Assembly (NCBI RefSeq): GCF_006345805.1
Contig: NC_043006.1
Span: forward strand, 40,300,001 to 40,364,000
Direction: 5' to 3'
Length of the DNA: 64,000 bases
Source of the DNA: Octopus sinensis
Lineage: Eukaryota
Shown here piece by piece: positions 62,671 to 64,000 of the stretch. A program made the translations under genes and the position numbers. How positions within the stretch are numbered: position 1 is the first letter of the stretch; each line of letters begins with the position of its first letter. The notes under the pieces were generated by a model, which was not told the DNA's origin, searched no databases, and saw only the letters and a program-made list of their open reading frames with translations.

Positions 62671-64000
62671 AGAAGAAGTGAGAAACTCTTGCAATGCTAT
62701 TGATATTAATTTTAGTTTTTACAGAGTTTACTTTTCATTTCAGCATGTTCAAGTCAAGCCTACATATATAGACATATATATATATACATGTGGAGATTAA
62801 AACATGAATACATAGATAAAAATATATATATATATATAGTGGAGGCGCAATGGCCCAGTGGTTAGGGCAGCGGACTTGCGGTCGTAGGATCGCAGTTTCG
62901 ATTCCCAGGCCGGCTGTTGTGAGTGTTTATTGAGTGAAAACACCTAAAGCTCCACGAGGCTCCAGCAGGGGGTGGTGGCGATGCCTGCTGTACTCTTTCG
63001 CCACAACTTTCTCTCACTCTTTCTTCTGTTGGCCTGCTCGCTTAGCCAGCAGGGTGGCGTCATTTGAAGGCTAAAACAATGCAAAGTGCATTGTGATAAG
63101 CGATGTGTTGCAACATCTGATAGCCTGGTCAGTCACGGAGATCATGGTGATATATATATAACAAGCTTCTTTCAGTTTCTGTCTACCAAATCCACACACA
63201 AGGTTTTGGTCAACCCAAGGCTACAGTAGAAGACACTTGCTCAAGAGGCCATGCAGTGGGACTGAAACTAGAACCATGTGGTTGGGGAAGCAAGCCTCTT
63301 ACCACACAGCCACGCCGGAATGATAAAAGGTGGTTCATTTCATTTTCTCCAGGATCTTTCTCACTCCACAATGTTGTAAACAAACCATTTTATATTAGCT
63401 GTGATCGTTATTCTCAAAAAAAAAAAAAAAAATGGGTCCTTTTTGTTGTGTTTGATCAGAGAATCACAGATGGAGATGCAATACAATGAATTTTTATTTT
63501 TTCCATTAAATTACAAGGTACCAAAAAAGCAGTGATTCATGAATCCAAAAGTTTTCAAATGCTTTATAACACTCATATATGTGAAGTATCTCTGCAATGT
63601 CTTATGTCAGGTGATCTGATTAATGCTTTGATTTTGTTATCAATGACTGTAGACCTGCAGAAATTTTCCCAGTCTACCAAGTCAAAATTTCCACTCCTAA
63701 AACTTGCAAACCACTTACAGTCCCTTCAGCTTTGGTACTATCTCCATAAACTTATTTGCTGTTTTGTTTGTAAATCATTTTTTATCTTTTCCAGAAATAA
63801 TTACTCTTTTACTCTTTTGTTTCAGTCATTTGACTGCGGCCATGCTGGAGCACCGCCTTTAGTCAAGCAAATCAACCCCAGGACTTATTCTTTGTAAGCC
63901 TAGTACTTATTTTATCAGACTCTTTGCCAAACCGCTAAGTTATGAGGACATAAACACACCAGCATCGGTTGTCAAGCGATGTTGGGGGGACAAACACAGA

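Overview
AT-rich, repeat-dense eukaryotic DNA. The SINE and microsatellite landscape looks like an octopus (coleoid cephalopod) genome; this is an inference from repeat style. One protein-coding gene lies on the minus strand. I assembled it by hand from 15 coding exons (42292 to 139). All introns are GT-AG and all phases match, giving 1809 nt and 602 aa, or 598 aa from the better-context Met at 42280. The domain order is signal peptide, Reeler, DOMON, cytochrome b561, i.e. a ferric-chelate reductase 1 (FRRS1/SDR2)-like protein. It appears to have lost the DOMON heme-ligand Met (now Glu) and both cytosol-side b561 heme His ligands (now Tyr and Cys), while keeping the lumen-side pair, so it is a candidate pseudo-reductase. 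Introns and upstream DNA carry at least four SINE families, Tc1/mariner, hAT and piggyBac-type MITEs, LINE fragments, a Penelope-like (PLE, Neptune-type) RT remnant and several TE-derived tandem arrays. A second theme is about ten type-I hammerhead ribozyme motifs in small PLE-like elements. These include a tRNA-headed (Pol III A/B box) element carrying a hammerhead, alongside fold-back mini-elements with 14-15 bp TSDs. All calls were made by eye and no database searches were run. Repeat boundaries are approximate.
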